Source: Mycetocola sp. (GTDB lineage Bacteria > Actinomycetota > Actinomycetes > Actinomycetales > Microbacteriaceae). Taken from it: DNA of 64,000 nucleotides. This document shows positions 1 through 8,484 of this stretch, in pieces (the stretch's first letter is position 1; the number at the start of each line of letters is the position of its first letter). The stretch covers positions 5,901 through 69,900 of the forward strand of contig NZ_JBKJWH010000085.1 in the NCBI RefSeq assembly GCF_046716805.1, written 5' to 3'. A program made the translations under genes and the position numbers. Under the pieces are notes generated by a model. That model did no database searches and had not been told where the DNA came from. It saw nothing but the letters and a program-made list of their open reading frames with translations.

Positions 1-156
1 GACTGCTCGAGGCGCGGGTGCACGCCCTCGTCCAGCACAGTGCACGCAGTCACTGACCGAGCACGACTCGATCGGAGGCGAGAAGCAGAAACAGGAGGAC
101 CGGTCGAACCCGCCTGCCGCGTATCCTGAACGAAGGACGAGCGGGGGAGGACGCCC

Positions 157-1023
157 ATGGAATTGACCGACGTGCTCGCCGACCTGTACCTGCGGTCACC
201 GTCCGAGTTCGTGGCAATTCGCACGGCCCGCGTCCGAACGGCCCGAGACGACGGTGACGCCGAGCTTGCGAAACGAATCGGCCGGCTCCCGAAACCTTCT
301 GCGGCCGCCTGGCTCATCAATCTGCTCGCGGCCAGGCGCTCGACCGAGGTCGACGACATCATCGAGCTTGGGACGCTGATTCGTGACGCCGAGAAGAACA
401 TGGATGCCGGCGATCTGCGCCAGCTCGGAAAACAGCGACTGCAGCTCATCCGAGCGCTGGCACAGCAGGGCAGGGCCCTGGCCGCTGAAGCGGACCAGAA
501 GGTGAGCGCCGCCGCGATGCTCGACGTGGAGCAGACACTGCACGCGGCAATGACCGACCCGGCGGCCGCCGACGCCGTGCGAAGCGGACGGCTCCTTCGG
601 GCTTTGTCGTCGAGCGGGATCGAAGCCGTGGACATCGACGGGGCCGTTGCCGAGCCGTCCGTGGACATCGTGCGGGCGCCGAGGCCAACCCTCCAGGTCG
701 TCGAGAACCGTCCGTCCGCCCGCAGGATCGAGGATGCCGAGAAGAAGGCGGAGGAGGCGAAGGCCAGGGCGGCAGAGGCCGACGCCGAACGGGCCGCGAT
801 CCGCGAGCAGCGGACAACGCTCGCCGAGCAGCGTGCCCTGCTCGCGCGGGAACGACAGGAGGCCGCCGACCGGCTTTCGAAGCTCGACGAGCAACTGGCG
901 ATCGCGGAGAGGGAAGACGACGTACTCAGCCGCGCCGCGGCATCCGCCGATCACCGCGCCGACGTGGCGGCGCGCTCCGTGGATCGAGCAGTGGAGCGAC
1001 TTCGATCGCTGAGGAAGGGTTGA
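157..1023 (+). CDS. hypothetical protein with C-terminal Ala/Glu/Arg-rich coiled-coil
   Basis: 288-aa ORF of normal composition. The C-terminal third (KKAEEAKARAAEADAERAAIREQRTTLAEQRALLARERQEAADRLSKLDEQLAIAERE) is heptad-like. The overlapping antisense ORFs are Arg/Pro-rich shadows. No family recognised. Confidence 0.6.
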   Translation: MELTDVLADLYLRSPSEFVAIRTARVRTARDDGDAELAKRIGRLPKPSAAAWLINLLAARRSTEVDDIIELGTLIRDAEKNMDAGDLRQLGKQRLQLIRALAQQGRALAAEADQKVSAAAMLDVEQTLHAAMTDPAAADAVRSGRLLRALSSSGIEAVDIDGAVAEPSVDIVRAPRPTLQVVENRPSARRIEDAEKKAEEAKARAAEADAERAAIREQRTTLAEQRALLARERQEAADRLSKLDEQLAIAEREDDVLSRAAASADHRADVAARSVDRAVERLRSLRKG

Positions 1024-1136
1024 CCGCGGGCAAGAAGTGCAGACAGCCTGAACCGTTTTCGGCCAATACGTGATCTGGAGGCCCTGAGCCCACTATCGTG
1101 CTTAGAGGGGCCACGCCACCCGTCGGAGAGGAAAGC

Positions 1137-1448
1137 ATGGGAAAGCTGCTCTACGGACTTCCGCCTGTTGAGATCGATGCCAGCGATCGTGAGCTGGCTC
1201 ATCTGCGGGTCGTGATGATCACCAAACTTCGGCGCGGCGAGATGTTTGCTTTCGCGGTGGACGGCCGGGTCGAGAACGCCGGCACGGGCCGGCGAATTCT
1301 CTGGGTACATCCCTCTATCCCGCTGCAGTTCCAATTCGATGGAACAGTCGAGGAGAAGCTCAACAGGGAATGGCTTGAGGAGTTGATGTCCGCAGCGAAC
1401 AGCGGCGGGAATCTTCGGCTCACACCGGAACCCAGAGAACACGCCTGA
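1137..1448 (+). CDS. small conserved hypothetical protein (possibly DUF7882-like)
   Basis: ORF 1098-1448. The ATG at 1137 follows GGAGAGGAAAG, and the product starts MGKLLYGLPPVEIDASDRELAHLRVVMITKLRRGEMFAF. The family name comes from memory of similar actinobacterial proteins and is not verified. Confidence 0.55.
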   Translation: MGKLLYGLPPVEIDASDRELAHLRVVMITKLRRGEMFAFAVDGRVENAGTGRRILWVHPSIPLQFQFDGTVEEKLNREWLEELMSAANSGGNLRLTPEPREHA

Positions 1449-1571
1449 GAATGGCGTCCCCGCTGCGGTCAGATATGAGGCTGGACCGACGAAGGCCACA
1501 CGCGTAAACTTGCGCGAACGGCTACCCGAGACCCCGGTCGCCCCATTCCGCTTCTTGGTCTGGAGGACACC

Positions 1572-2669
1572 GTGGCATCCGACGTTCCCGCATCCCTTCC
1601 CAACTCCTCGGGTCCGCCGCGGAGCCGGCCGAACCCGACGAGTGAATTCTCCGAACTGGCGCACAGGATCCAGTCGTCCGGTCTGATGCATCGCCGATAT
1701 ACGTACTACTGGGCCAAACTGCTCGCCGTGCCGATCGCCTTCGGGTTCGCGATCACGGTGTTCGTCCTCGTGGGCGACACCTGGTGGCAGTTGCTCGTCG
1801 CAGCGGGCCTGGCCGTTCTGTTCACGCAGACAGCGTTTCTCGGCCATGACGCCGCGCATCGGCAGATCTTTCGGTCCGGCCGGTGGAACGACTGGACGAG
1901 CCTCGTGATCGGCGACCTGTTCGTTGGCATGAGTTACGGGTGGTGGCAGCACAAGCACACCAGGCATCACGCCAACCCGAACAAGGTGGACAGCGATCCG
2001 GACATCGAACTGCCGGTGATCTCCTTCACCCCCGAACAGGCGGCGAAACGCCGCAACCCGGTCACCGAGTGGGCAGTCGCGCACCAGGGCGCTTTTTTCT
2101 TTCCCATCCTGCTGCTCGAGGGTGTGTCACTCCATGCGTCCAGCGTCCGCCGGGTCTTCAGCCGGGAACACATCGACCGGCGCTGGGTGGAGATTTTTTT
2201 CCTCCTCGTTCGACTGGGCGGTTACCTGACTCTTGTGTTCCTCGTGCTGTCGCCGGGGATCGCTTTCGCCTTCCTTGGGGTTCAACTGGGATTGTTCGGC
2301 TTGTACATGGGTGTCGCATTCGCACCCAACCACAAGGGAATGCCGCTGGTCCCGCGGGACGCGAAGCTGGACTTCCTGCGCAGGCAGGTGCTGATGAGCC
2401 GGAATGTCCGTGGCTCGAGATTTCTCGATGTCGCGCTCGGCGGGCTCAATTATCAGATCGAACATCACCTGTTCCCGTCAATGCCGCGGCCGCACCTGCG
2501 GAGGGCAGCCCCGATCATCGCGGCATACTGTCGGGAACGCGGCGTGACCTACACACAGACCGGGCTGTTTGAGTCATACGGGATCGTGTTGCGGTACATC
2601 AATCGGGTCGGGTTGGGCCAGAGCGACCCGTTTGCGTGCCCGCTGGTCGCCCAACGGTCGTCATTCTGA
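1572..2669 (+). CDS. membrane fatty-acid desaturase (acyl-CoA/acyl-lipid desaturase family)
   Basis: Three histidine boxes are present: HDAAH, HKHTRHH and QIEHHLF. There are N-terminal TM segments, and the GTG start follows GGAGG. Confidence 0.9.
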   Translation: MASDVPASLPNSSGPPRSRPNPTSEFSELAHRIQSSGLMHRRYTYYWAKLLAVPIAFGFAITVFVLVGDTWWQLLVAAGLAVLFTQTAFLGHDAAHRQIFRSGRWNDWTSLVIGDLFVGMSYGWWQHKHTRHHANPNKVDSDPDIELPVISFTPEQAAKRRNPVTEWAVAHQGAFFFPILLLEGVSLHASSVRRVFSREHIDRRWVEIFFLLVRLGGYLTLVFLVLSPGIAFAFLGVQLGLFGLYMGVAFAPNHKGMPLVPRDAKLDFLRRQVLMSRNVRGSRFLDVALGGLNYQIEHHLFPSMPRPHLRRAAPIIAAYCRERGVTYTQTGLFESYGIVLRYINRVGLGQSDPFACPLVAQRSSF

Positions 2670-2688
2670 CCGAGGAAACCACAGGGCG

Positions 2689-3153
2689 TCAGTCTGCGGT
2701 GTGCTCCCCGACGCCGTCGGGACGAGCCTCGTGGTGGCGACGGTCGCGGGTGCGACGGTCCTCCTTCATCTCCGCCTCGAACAGGTGGCGCCTGCCGCCG
2801 ACGAGTTCCTGCCTCGCCTGCTCCTCCGCGGCGACGAAGGCGCTGTAGTAATTCGCGTCGTAATCTTCGACGATCTGAAAGGTCCACCGTCCCTCGATCA
2901 CATTGCGGCCGACGATGTCCCGGTCCATCTTCGCGGCCAGTTCCTCGTGCCCTGCCCGCCTCAGCATCTCGATCGCCTCGCCGAGGGCCAGGTCAGCGGT
3001 GCCGGTAAGGCGATGGAACCCATAGAGATGTCCCCGGGCGTGTTCGACGACTTCGAGAGCTTCCGACAGTTTGCCCAGCGCTTCAACGGTCGCGTCGCTG
3101 ACCCCTTCCGGGCGTCGGTGGGCGGAATCAGGGCCGGAGGCAGAGGAAGTCAT
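2689..3153 (-). CDS. hypothetical protein
   Basis: 154-aa ORF with balanced acidic composition (EALGKLSEALEVVEHARGHLYGFHRLTG...). The plus-strand ORFs across it are Arg/Ser-rich. No family recognised. Confidence 0.6.
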   Translation of the reverse strand: MTSSASGPDSAHRRPEGVSDATVEALGKLSEALEVVEHARGHLYGFHRLTGTADLALGEAIEMLRRAGHEELAAKMDRDIVGRNVIEGRWTFQIVEDYDANYYSAFVAAEEQARQELVGGRRHLFEAEMKEDRRTRDRRHHEARPDGVGEHTAD

Positions 3154-3222
3154 AGCCAGACATTATGCCGCCGAGGCACAACGAACCGCCATCCCTGCGG
3201 GTGATCTGGCAGACTGTGCCGC

Positions 3223-3699
3223 ATGTGCGGAGAAGCCCTCATCGCGTTCGGGAGGACGCTTCCAGGTGTCGTCGTCGACACCGTCGGTGAAGGATCCGGT
3301 GCTCCCGAAATCGCGTGGGGCGATTCATTCTTCTACTACGACCCGGAGAACGACGAACGAAACCGGCTGCATCCGTTCACCACGATCGTCACGAAGAACT
3401 ACACCGGGTTCGACGAGGTGTCCGAGCTGGGCCGATCCGGCGTCTACCGTCTCAACGTCGCCGTCGGTTCGGCCGCGTTCCTCGATCTGCTCGGCTATGC
3501 GCCGAGTGCCCACGCGGAGCACACCGGCGAGTTCGATTACAGCCAGCTCGACGTGTTGTTACCGCACCCCGTGTATGCCGCACAGGGTTGGGTTTCGATC
3601 CTCAACCCGGGGGTGCGGATGCTGGAGACGGCGAAGACGCTCGTCACCCGCGCCCGCGATCTTGCGGCCGGGCGGTACGAGCGCCGGGCGTCGCGCTGA
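3223..3699 (+). CDS. hypothetical protein (possibly DUF6194-like)
   Basis: 158-aa ORF with normal composition (WGDSFFYYDPENDERNRLHPFTTIVTKNYTGFDE...). The family assignment is tentative. Confidence 0.6.
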   Translation: MCGEALIAFGRTLPGVVVDTVGEGSGAPEIAWGDSFFYYDPENDERNRLHPFTTIVTKNYTGFDEVSELGRSGVYRLNVAVGSAAFLDLLGYAPSAHAEHTGEFDYSQLDVLLPHPVYAAQGWVSILNPGVRMLETAKTLVTRARDLAAGRYERRASR

Positions 3700-3789
3700 C
3701 TCCAGCCGGCCTTCCGTTGCCGGCAGTCGAGGTACCGGTGCGTCTCGAGCGCGCGCCACCTGCGGCGACGAGTGCCAGCGCGAGCCCTA

Positions 3790-4164
3790 CGTACGGATCG
3801 ACGGTGCCGAGCAGAAGAAGGAAGTCATCTCGCGGTTGCCCGATACATCTGCGAGAACCGGTACTTCGACGACACCTGGGAGGGCCGACTCACCCGACAT
3901 CGAGGTGCGGCTCGACACCGACTTCTTCGACGAGTCCCGGCCCATCAACAAGAAGGCCGTCGTCGGCCAGGTTCCCGTCCTCTACACCGGCCCTGTCGAC
4001 CGCTACTTCGACTACTCGCATACCGGGACCTGCAGGCGGGGGAGAAGGACCTGTTCTTCGTCGGCCGTCTCGGCACGTACCAGTACCTCGACATGCACAT
4101 GGCCATCGGCTCGGCGCTCTCGATGTGGAACAACAGACTGTCGGCGCTCCTCGGCGGGAATTGA
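3790..4164 (+). pseudogene. glf: UDP-galactopyranose mutase (glf) remnant, 5'-truncated, frameshifted and internally deleted
   Basis: Glf-like peptides alternate between two frames:
- ISRLP (3827-3841)
- RYICENRYFDDTWEG (3841-3885)
- DIEVRLDTDFFDESRPINKKAVVGQVPVLYTGPVDRYFDYS (3896-4018)
- YRDLQAGEKDLFFVGRLGTYQYLDMHMAIGSALSMWNNRL (4021-4161)
They match the C-terminal half of mycobacterial Glf. The FAD-binding N-terminal half is absent. Confidence 0.75.
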
Positions 4165-4277
4165 CCAGCAGTCTTCGGATCACGAACCGCGCCATGGAAG
4201 GGATGGACCGCGAACCATGCGAAAACGACCCTTCGACTTCCGCGGTGACGCTGGGAAGTCAAAGGGCCATCGTGTTG

Positions 4278-4360
4278 TACCGGTGGTGGGACTCGAACCC
4301 ACACGTCCTTTCGAACAAAGCATTTTGAGTGCTCCGCGTCTGCCATTCCGCCACACCGGC
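4278..4360 (-). tRNA. tRNA-Leu (anticodon CAA)
   Basis: The reverse complement reads GCCGGTG-TG-GCGGAATGGCAGACGC-G-GAGCA-CTCAAAA-TGCTT-long variable arm-GTGGGTTCGAGTCCCAC-CACCGGT-A. It has a 7-bp acceptor stem, a GGTTCGAGTCC T-arm and the long extra arm typical of Leu. CCA is not encoded. Confidence 0.9.
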
Positions 4361-4398
4361 GCGTAACAACGAGGACAAGAGTACCGTAGGATTAACGC

Positions 4399-5004
4399 GT
4401 GACCGAGCCAGATGTAACACCCCCAGCCCCGCGCCGAGTTGTCGTAGCCGAAGATGAATCCCTCATTCGACTCGATATCGTCGAGATCCTCCGAGACAAC
4501 GGCTTCGAGGTCGTCGGAGAAGCCGGTGATGGGGAAACCGCTGTGGCCCTCGCCACCGAACTCCGGCCCGACCTGGTCATCATGGACGTGAAGATGCCCC
4601 AGCTCGATGGCATCTCCGCTGCCGAGCGGCTCAACAAGGCTCAGATCGCCCCGGTTGTCCTGCTCACCGCGTTCAGCCAGAAGGAACTGGTCGAGCGCGC
4701 CAGCGAAGCGGGCGCACTCGCGTATGTCGTCAAGCCGTTCACCCCGAACGATCTTCTCCCCGCGATCGAGATCGCCCTCAGCCGTTACCAGCAGATCATC
4801 ACCCTCGAAGCCGAAGTCGCCGACATGGTGGAGCGGTTCGAGACCCGCAAGCTCGTCGACCGTGCCAAGGGCCTGCTCAACGAGAAGATGGGCCTCACCG
4901 AACCGGAAGCGTTCCGCTGGATCCAGAAGGCGTCGATGGACCGCCGCCTGACCATGCACGACGTCGCCCAGGCGATCGTCGAACAGCTCACCGCGAAGAA
5001 GTAG
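4399..5004 (+). CDS. pdtaR: response regulator with ANTAR RNA-binding output domain (PdtaR-like)
   Basis: The receiver domain shows VVVAEDESLIRLDI...DLVIMDVKMP. The C-terminal ANTAR part shows RKLVDRAKGLLNEKMGLTEPEAFRWIQKASMDRRLTMHDVAQAIV. The gene sits upstream of polA, as Rv1626 does in M. tuberculosis. Confidence 0.9.
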   Translation: MTEPDVTPPAPRRVVVAEDESLIRLDIVEILRDNGFEVVGEAGDGETAVALATELRPDLVIMDVKMPQLDGISAAERLNKAQIAPVVLLTAFSQKELVERASEAGALAYVVKPFTPNDLLPAIEIALSRYQQIITLEAEVADMVERFETRKLVDRAKGLLNEKMGLTEPEAFRWIQKASMDRRLTMHDVAQAIVEQLTAKK

Positions 5005-5027
5005 AACCAAGCAGCGCATTGACGCGA

Positions 5028-5058
5028 AACGGGCCGGTTATCCGGCCCGTTCGTCGTT
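5028..5058 (+). terminator. hairpin after pdtaR (putative intrinsic terminator)
   Basis: AACGGGCCGG-TTAT-CCGGCCCGTT forms a perfect 10-bp stem and is followed by CGTCGTT. Confidence 0.6.
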
Positions 5059-5075
5059 AAGTGCCGGATGCCGCA

Positions 5076-5300
5076 GGCTCATCCGTCGCAGATGCCGACT
5101 TCCCGCTCGCAAAACCGGCATCCGGGACGGACGAACGCACCGTCCTGAGATCCGCGCCGGTTCATCCGTCGCAAACGTCGACTTTCGGACACCGAAGCCG
5201 ACATCCGCGACAGACGAACGCGCCGTCATCGCGCCCGACCCGGCTCATCCGTCGCAGATGCCGACTTCCCGCTCGCAAAACCGGCATCTGGGACGGACGA
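5076..5300. repeat. 83-bp tandem repeat, three units (5076, 5159, 5242), each carrying hairpin-forming arms
   Basis: Units 1 and 3 match at 59 of their first 60 nt (GGCTCATCCGTCGCAGATGCCGACTTCCCGCTCGCAAAACCGGCATC[C/T]GGGACGGACGAA). Unit 2 is a diverged copy. The internal inverted repeats are TCCGTC..GATGCCG / CGGCATC..GACGGA. Confidence 0.85.
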
Positions 5301-5311
5301 AGCGGATGCCG

Positions 5312-5734
5312 TCAGCCGGCGGGCAGGTCCTTGATCAGGTTGGTGATCCGGATGGTGGAGCACCTGCGGCCCTGTTCGTCGGTCACCGCGATCTCGTGCA
5401 CGGTCATCGACCGACCCAGGTGGATCGGCGTGCAGACCCCGGTGACGATCCCCGAGGTGGCTGACCGGGTGTGAGTCGCGTTGATGTCGATGCCGACCGC
5501 CAGCTTTCCGGCGCCGGCCCACAGGTTCGCCGACATCGAACCGAGTGACTCACCGAGCACAACGTACGCGCCGCCGTGGAGCAGCATTGCCGGCTGGGTG
5601 TTGCCCTCCACCGGCATCGTCGCTACGGCTCGGTCGACGGAGAATTCGAGGAACTCGATGCCCATCTTTGCCGCAAGCGCACCCCCGCCACGTCGCAGCA
5701 CGTAGTCGAGATCGTTCGGTGTGGTATTGGTCAT
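5312..5734 (-). CDS. hotdog-fold (PaaI-type) thioesterase
   Basis: ORF 5312-5836, with the start moved to the ATG at 5734, which is preceded by GGAGCAAAGG. The sequence MGIEFLEFSVDRAVATMPVEGNTQPAMLLHGGAYVVLGESLGS is typical of PaaI/YdiI thioesterases. Confidence 0.85.
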   Translation of the reverse strand: MTNTTPNDLDYVLRRGGGALAAKMGIEFLEFSVDRAVATMPVEGNTQPAMLLHGGAYVVLGESLGSMSANLWAGAGKLAVGIDINATHTRSATSGIVTGVCTPIHLGRSMTVHEIAVTDEQGRRCSTIRITNLIKDLPAG

Positions 5735-5779
5735 CGTCGCCTTTGCTCCTGCTCGAAACCCACTGTCGCAAGTCGCTTG

Positions 5780-5785
5780 TAGGCT
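5780..5785 (+). promoter_or_regulatory. -10-like hexamer TAGGCT upstream of polA
   Basis: TAGGCT lies 6 nt before the in-frame GTG at 5792 and 3 nt before the GTG at 5789. This is compatible with a leaderless polA mRNA. Confidence 0.35.
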
Positions 5786-5788
5786 GGT

Positions 5789-8455
5789 GTGGTGTCGGAC
5801 AACGAAAAGCCTACCCTCCTCGTCATTGACGGTCATTCCCTAGCATTCCGGGCGTTCTACGCGCTCCCGGTCGACAGTTTCTCGACGAAGGACGGGCAGC
5901 ACACCAACGCCATCCATGGCTTTCTCGCGATGCTCATCAACCTCCTTCGCGACCACAAACCGACGCACATCGCGGTGGCTTTCGACATCTCACGCTCCAG
6001 TTTCCGCACCCGCGAGTACCCGGAGTACAAGGGCACTCGGGGCGAGACCCCTTCAGAGTTCATCGGCCAGGTTCCGCTCCTGCAGGACGCCCTTGCGGCG
6101 ATGAACATCACCACCATCTCGATCGAGGACTACGAGGCCGACGACATCCTCGCCACGCTCTCCGTCCAGGGTAAGGAGCAGGGCTTCCGCGTTCTCGTCG
6201 TCTCCGGCGACCGCGACACAATCCAGCTCGTCAACGACGACGTCACCCTGCTTTACCCGTCGCGCATGGGCGTCTCCGACCTCACCCTCTACGACGCCGC
6301 CAAGGTGATGGAACGGTACGGCATCCAGCCGCACCAGTACCCAGAGGTCGCCGCGCTCGTCGGCGAGACGAGCGACAACCTCCCCGGCGTCCCCAAGGTC
6401 GGCGAGAAGACCGCGGTGAAGTGGCTGAACCTGTACGGCTCGCTCGACGGCATCCTCGAGAACGCCGACAAGATCGGCGGCAAAGTCGGCGAGAGCCTCC
6501 GCGAGCACAAAGACAACGCCATCCGCAACCGCAAGCTCAACCACCTGCTCACCGACGTGACTCTGCCGGTGACCCTCGACACGCTCGTCAAGAAGCCCAT
6601 CGATCAGCAGGCGGTGCGCGACATCTTCGGCCGGCTCGAGCTGCGGACCATGCTGGACCGCCTGTTCAAGGCGGAGGGCGTCGATGAGGAGAGCGAAGCA
6701 TCCGTTTCGCCGTCCGCCGGCGGACTCGCCAGCCCGGTGCCGCAGCAGCTTCTCGACGAGGAGCTCGGCGCCTGGCTCACCCGCGCTGTCGCCGCCCACC
6801 CGAACGGTCTCGGCTTCACCGTCGACGTGCACGAAGGAAAGCCCGCAGGCATGGGCATCTCCACGCCAACGGAGTGCGTGGCCGTCGGCTGGCTTCCCGG
6901 CCGCGCCGACTACGCGCCGTTCGAGGACTGGCTGGCCAGCCCTGCACCGAAGCTGATGAACGACGCCAAGCGGCAGCTCAAGGCGCTCAAGAACGCCGGA
7001 CTTCCGTTCGACGGGCTCGCCTATGACACTCACGTCGCCGGCTGGCTGCTCCGCCCCGGCGGCCAGGACAAGACCCTCTCCGACCTCGTCAGCCGCTATC
7101 TCGACGAAACCCTCCCGGTCTCCGACCCGAACCAGCTCGTCCCGGTGAACGAACCGGCATCCGCACCCGTCGAGGCCTGGTACACGCTCCGGCTCGTCGA
7201 TGCACTCAACGAGGCGCTCGACTCCGGCTCCCGAAACGTGCTCACCTCCATCGAGGTGCCCACCCTGCTCACGATCGTCGACATCGAACTGCGCGGCGTC
7301 ACCGTCAACCACACCCAACTCACCGAATTGAGTGCCGAACTGGCCGCGAAGGCCGCCGACCTGGCATCCCGGGCATACGCGATCATCGGGCACGAAGTAA
7401 ACCTCGGCTCGCCGAAACAGCTGCAGGACGTGCTGTTCAACGAATTGGACATGCCGAAGACCCGCGCGAACAAGACCGGCTTCTCGACGGATGCCGGTGC
7501 GCTGGCCGACCTGCAAGCGTCGAACCCGCATCCTTTCCTCGGGCTCCTCCTCGAACACCGTGACGCGTCGAAGCTGCGCCAGATCGTCGAGACCGTCGAC
7601 AAAGCCATCGGGAGCGACGGCCGGGTCCACACCAGCTACGTGCAGACCGGCACCACCACGGGCCGGATCTCGTCGACCGACCCGAACCTCCAGAACATCC
7701 CCGTTCGCACCGAAGAGGGACGCCGCATCCGGGCATCGTTCGAGGCAGGTGCCGGCTACGAGACGCTGCTCACCGCAGACTACTCACAGATCGAAATGCG
7801 CATCATGGCGCACCTCTCGGGCGACGAAGGGTTGATCGAGGCATTCCGTTCAGGTGAAGACCTGCACCGGTTCGTCGGTTCCCGGATCTTCGGTGTCGAC
7901 CCGGCGGATGTGACGAACGAGATGCGAACGAAGGTCAAGGCGATGTCGTACGGCCTGGCCTACGGGCTCAGTGCGTTCGGGCTGTCGAAACAATTGCGGA
8001 TCGACTCCTCCGAGGCGAAGGCGCTCATGAGCGACTACTTCGCCCGTTTCGGCGCCGTGCGCGACTACCTCCGCAATGTCGTCGAACAGGCCGTCGAAGA
8101 CGGCTACACGACAACCCTCTTCGGCCGCCGCCGGCCGTTCCCAGACTTGAAGAGCCCCAACCGGGTGCTGCGCGACAACGCGCAACGAGCAGCCCTCAAC
8201 GCTCCCATCCAGGGCTCCGCCGCCGACATCATGAAGATCGCCATGATCAACATCGAAGCCGACACTGCGGCTCAGAATCTGGGGTCACGCATGCTCATGC
8301 AGGTGCATGATGAACTGATCTTCGAAGTGGTCGAGGGGGAGTGGGACGCCCTCGAGGCGATTGTCCGCACCCGGATGGCGGGCGCCGCGGACCTGACCGT
8401 GCCGCTCGACGTCCACGTCGGTCGGGGTCACAACTGGGACGCCGCCGCGCACTGA
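5789..8455 (+). CDS. polA: DNA polymerase I
   Basis: 888 aa. The N-terminal 5'-3' exonuclease shows LLVIDGHSLAFRAFYA. The polymerase motifs are RISSTDPNLQNIP, ADYSQIEMRIMAH and QVHDELIFE. The start may instead be the GTG at 5792. Confidence 0.97.
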   Translation: MVSDNEKPTLLVIDGHSLAFRAFYALPVDSFSTKDGQHTNAIHGFLAMLINLLRDHKPTHIAVAFDISRSSFRTREYPEYKGTRGETPSEFIGQVPLLQDALAAMNITTISIEDYEADDILATLSVQGKEQGFRVLVVSGDRDTIQLVNDDVTLLYPSRMGVSDLTLYDAAKVMERYGIQPHQYPEVAALVGETSDNLPGVPKVGEKTAVKWLNLYGSLDGILENADKIGGKVGESLREHKDNAIRNRKLNHLLTDVTLPVTLDTLVKKPIDQQAVRDIFGRLELRTMLDRLFKAEGVDEESEASVSPSAGGLASPVPQQLLDEELGAWLTRAVAAHPNGLGFTVDVHEGKPAGMGISTPTECVAVGWLPGRADYAPFEDWLASPAPKLMNDAKRQLKALKNAGLPFDGLAYDTHVAGWLLRPGGQDKTLSDLVSRYLDETLPVSDPNQLVPVNEPASAPVEAWYTLRLVDALNEALDSGSRNVLTSIEVPTLLTIVDIELRGVTVNHTQLTELSAELAAKAADLASRAYAIIGHEVNLGSPKQLQDVLFNELDMPKTRANKTGFSTDAGALADLQASNPHPFLGLLLEHRDASKLRQIVETVDKAIGSDGRVHTSYVQTGTTTGRISSTDPNLQNIPVRTEEGRRIRASFEAGAGYETLLTADYSQIEMRIMAHLSGDEGLIEAFRSGEDLHRFVGSRIFGVDPADVTNEMRTKVKAMSYGLAYGLSAFGLSKQLRIDSSEAKALMSDYFARFGAVRDYLRNVVEQAVEDGYTTTLFGRRRPFPDLKSPNRVLRDNAQRAALNAPIQGSAADIMKIAMINIEADTAAQNLGSRMLMQVHDELIFEVVEGEWDALEAIVRTRMAGAADLTVPLDVHVGRGHNWDAAAH

Positions 8456-8484
8456 ACTCCGTGACGGGCGGGCGCCACTGTCCT

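Noticed and set aside
1-156. Possible end of an upstream gene at the window edge
   Set aside because: The sequence is too short to assign a frame or product, and no motif is recognisable.
3071-4366. 431-aa and 337-aa plus-strand ORFs spanning 3071-4366
   Set aside because: They read through the DUF6194-like gene in the wrong frame, then the glf remnant, and even the tRNA-Leu gene. Only short internal stretches (the Glf-like blocks) are meaningful, and those are reported as a pseudogene.
5076-5300. 83-bp repeats as a CRISPR array or as ANTAR target hairpins
   Set aside because: They are not CRISPR. The units abut without unique spacers, the middle unit is a diverged copy of the same sequence, and there are no cas genes. 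They are not a canonical ANTAR site either: the hairpin loops are about 18 nt rather than paired hexaloops, and no downstream gene lies in the plus orientation.
5061-5522. ORFs 5061-5474 (+) and 5226-5522 (-) across the 83-bp repeats
   Set aside because: Their translations merely mirror the nucleotide repeat and overlap the thioesterase gene. There is no coding signal.
6053-7630. 525-aa minus-strand ORF
   Set aside because: Antisense to polA, with low-complexity Gly/Arg/Val/Asp composition. It is a shadow ORF.
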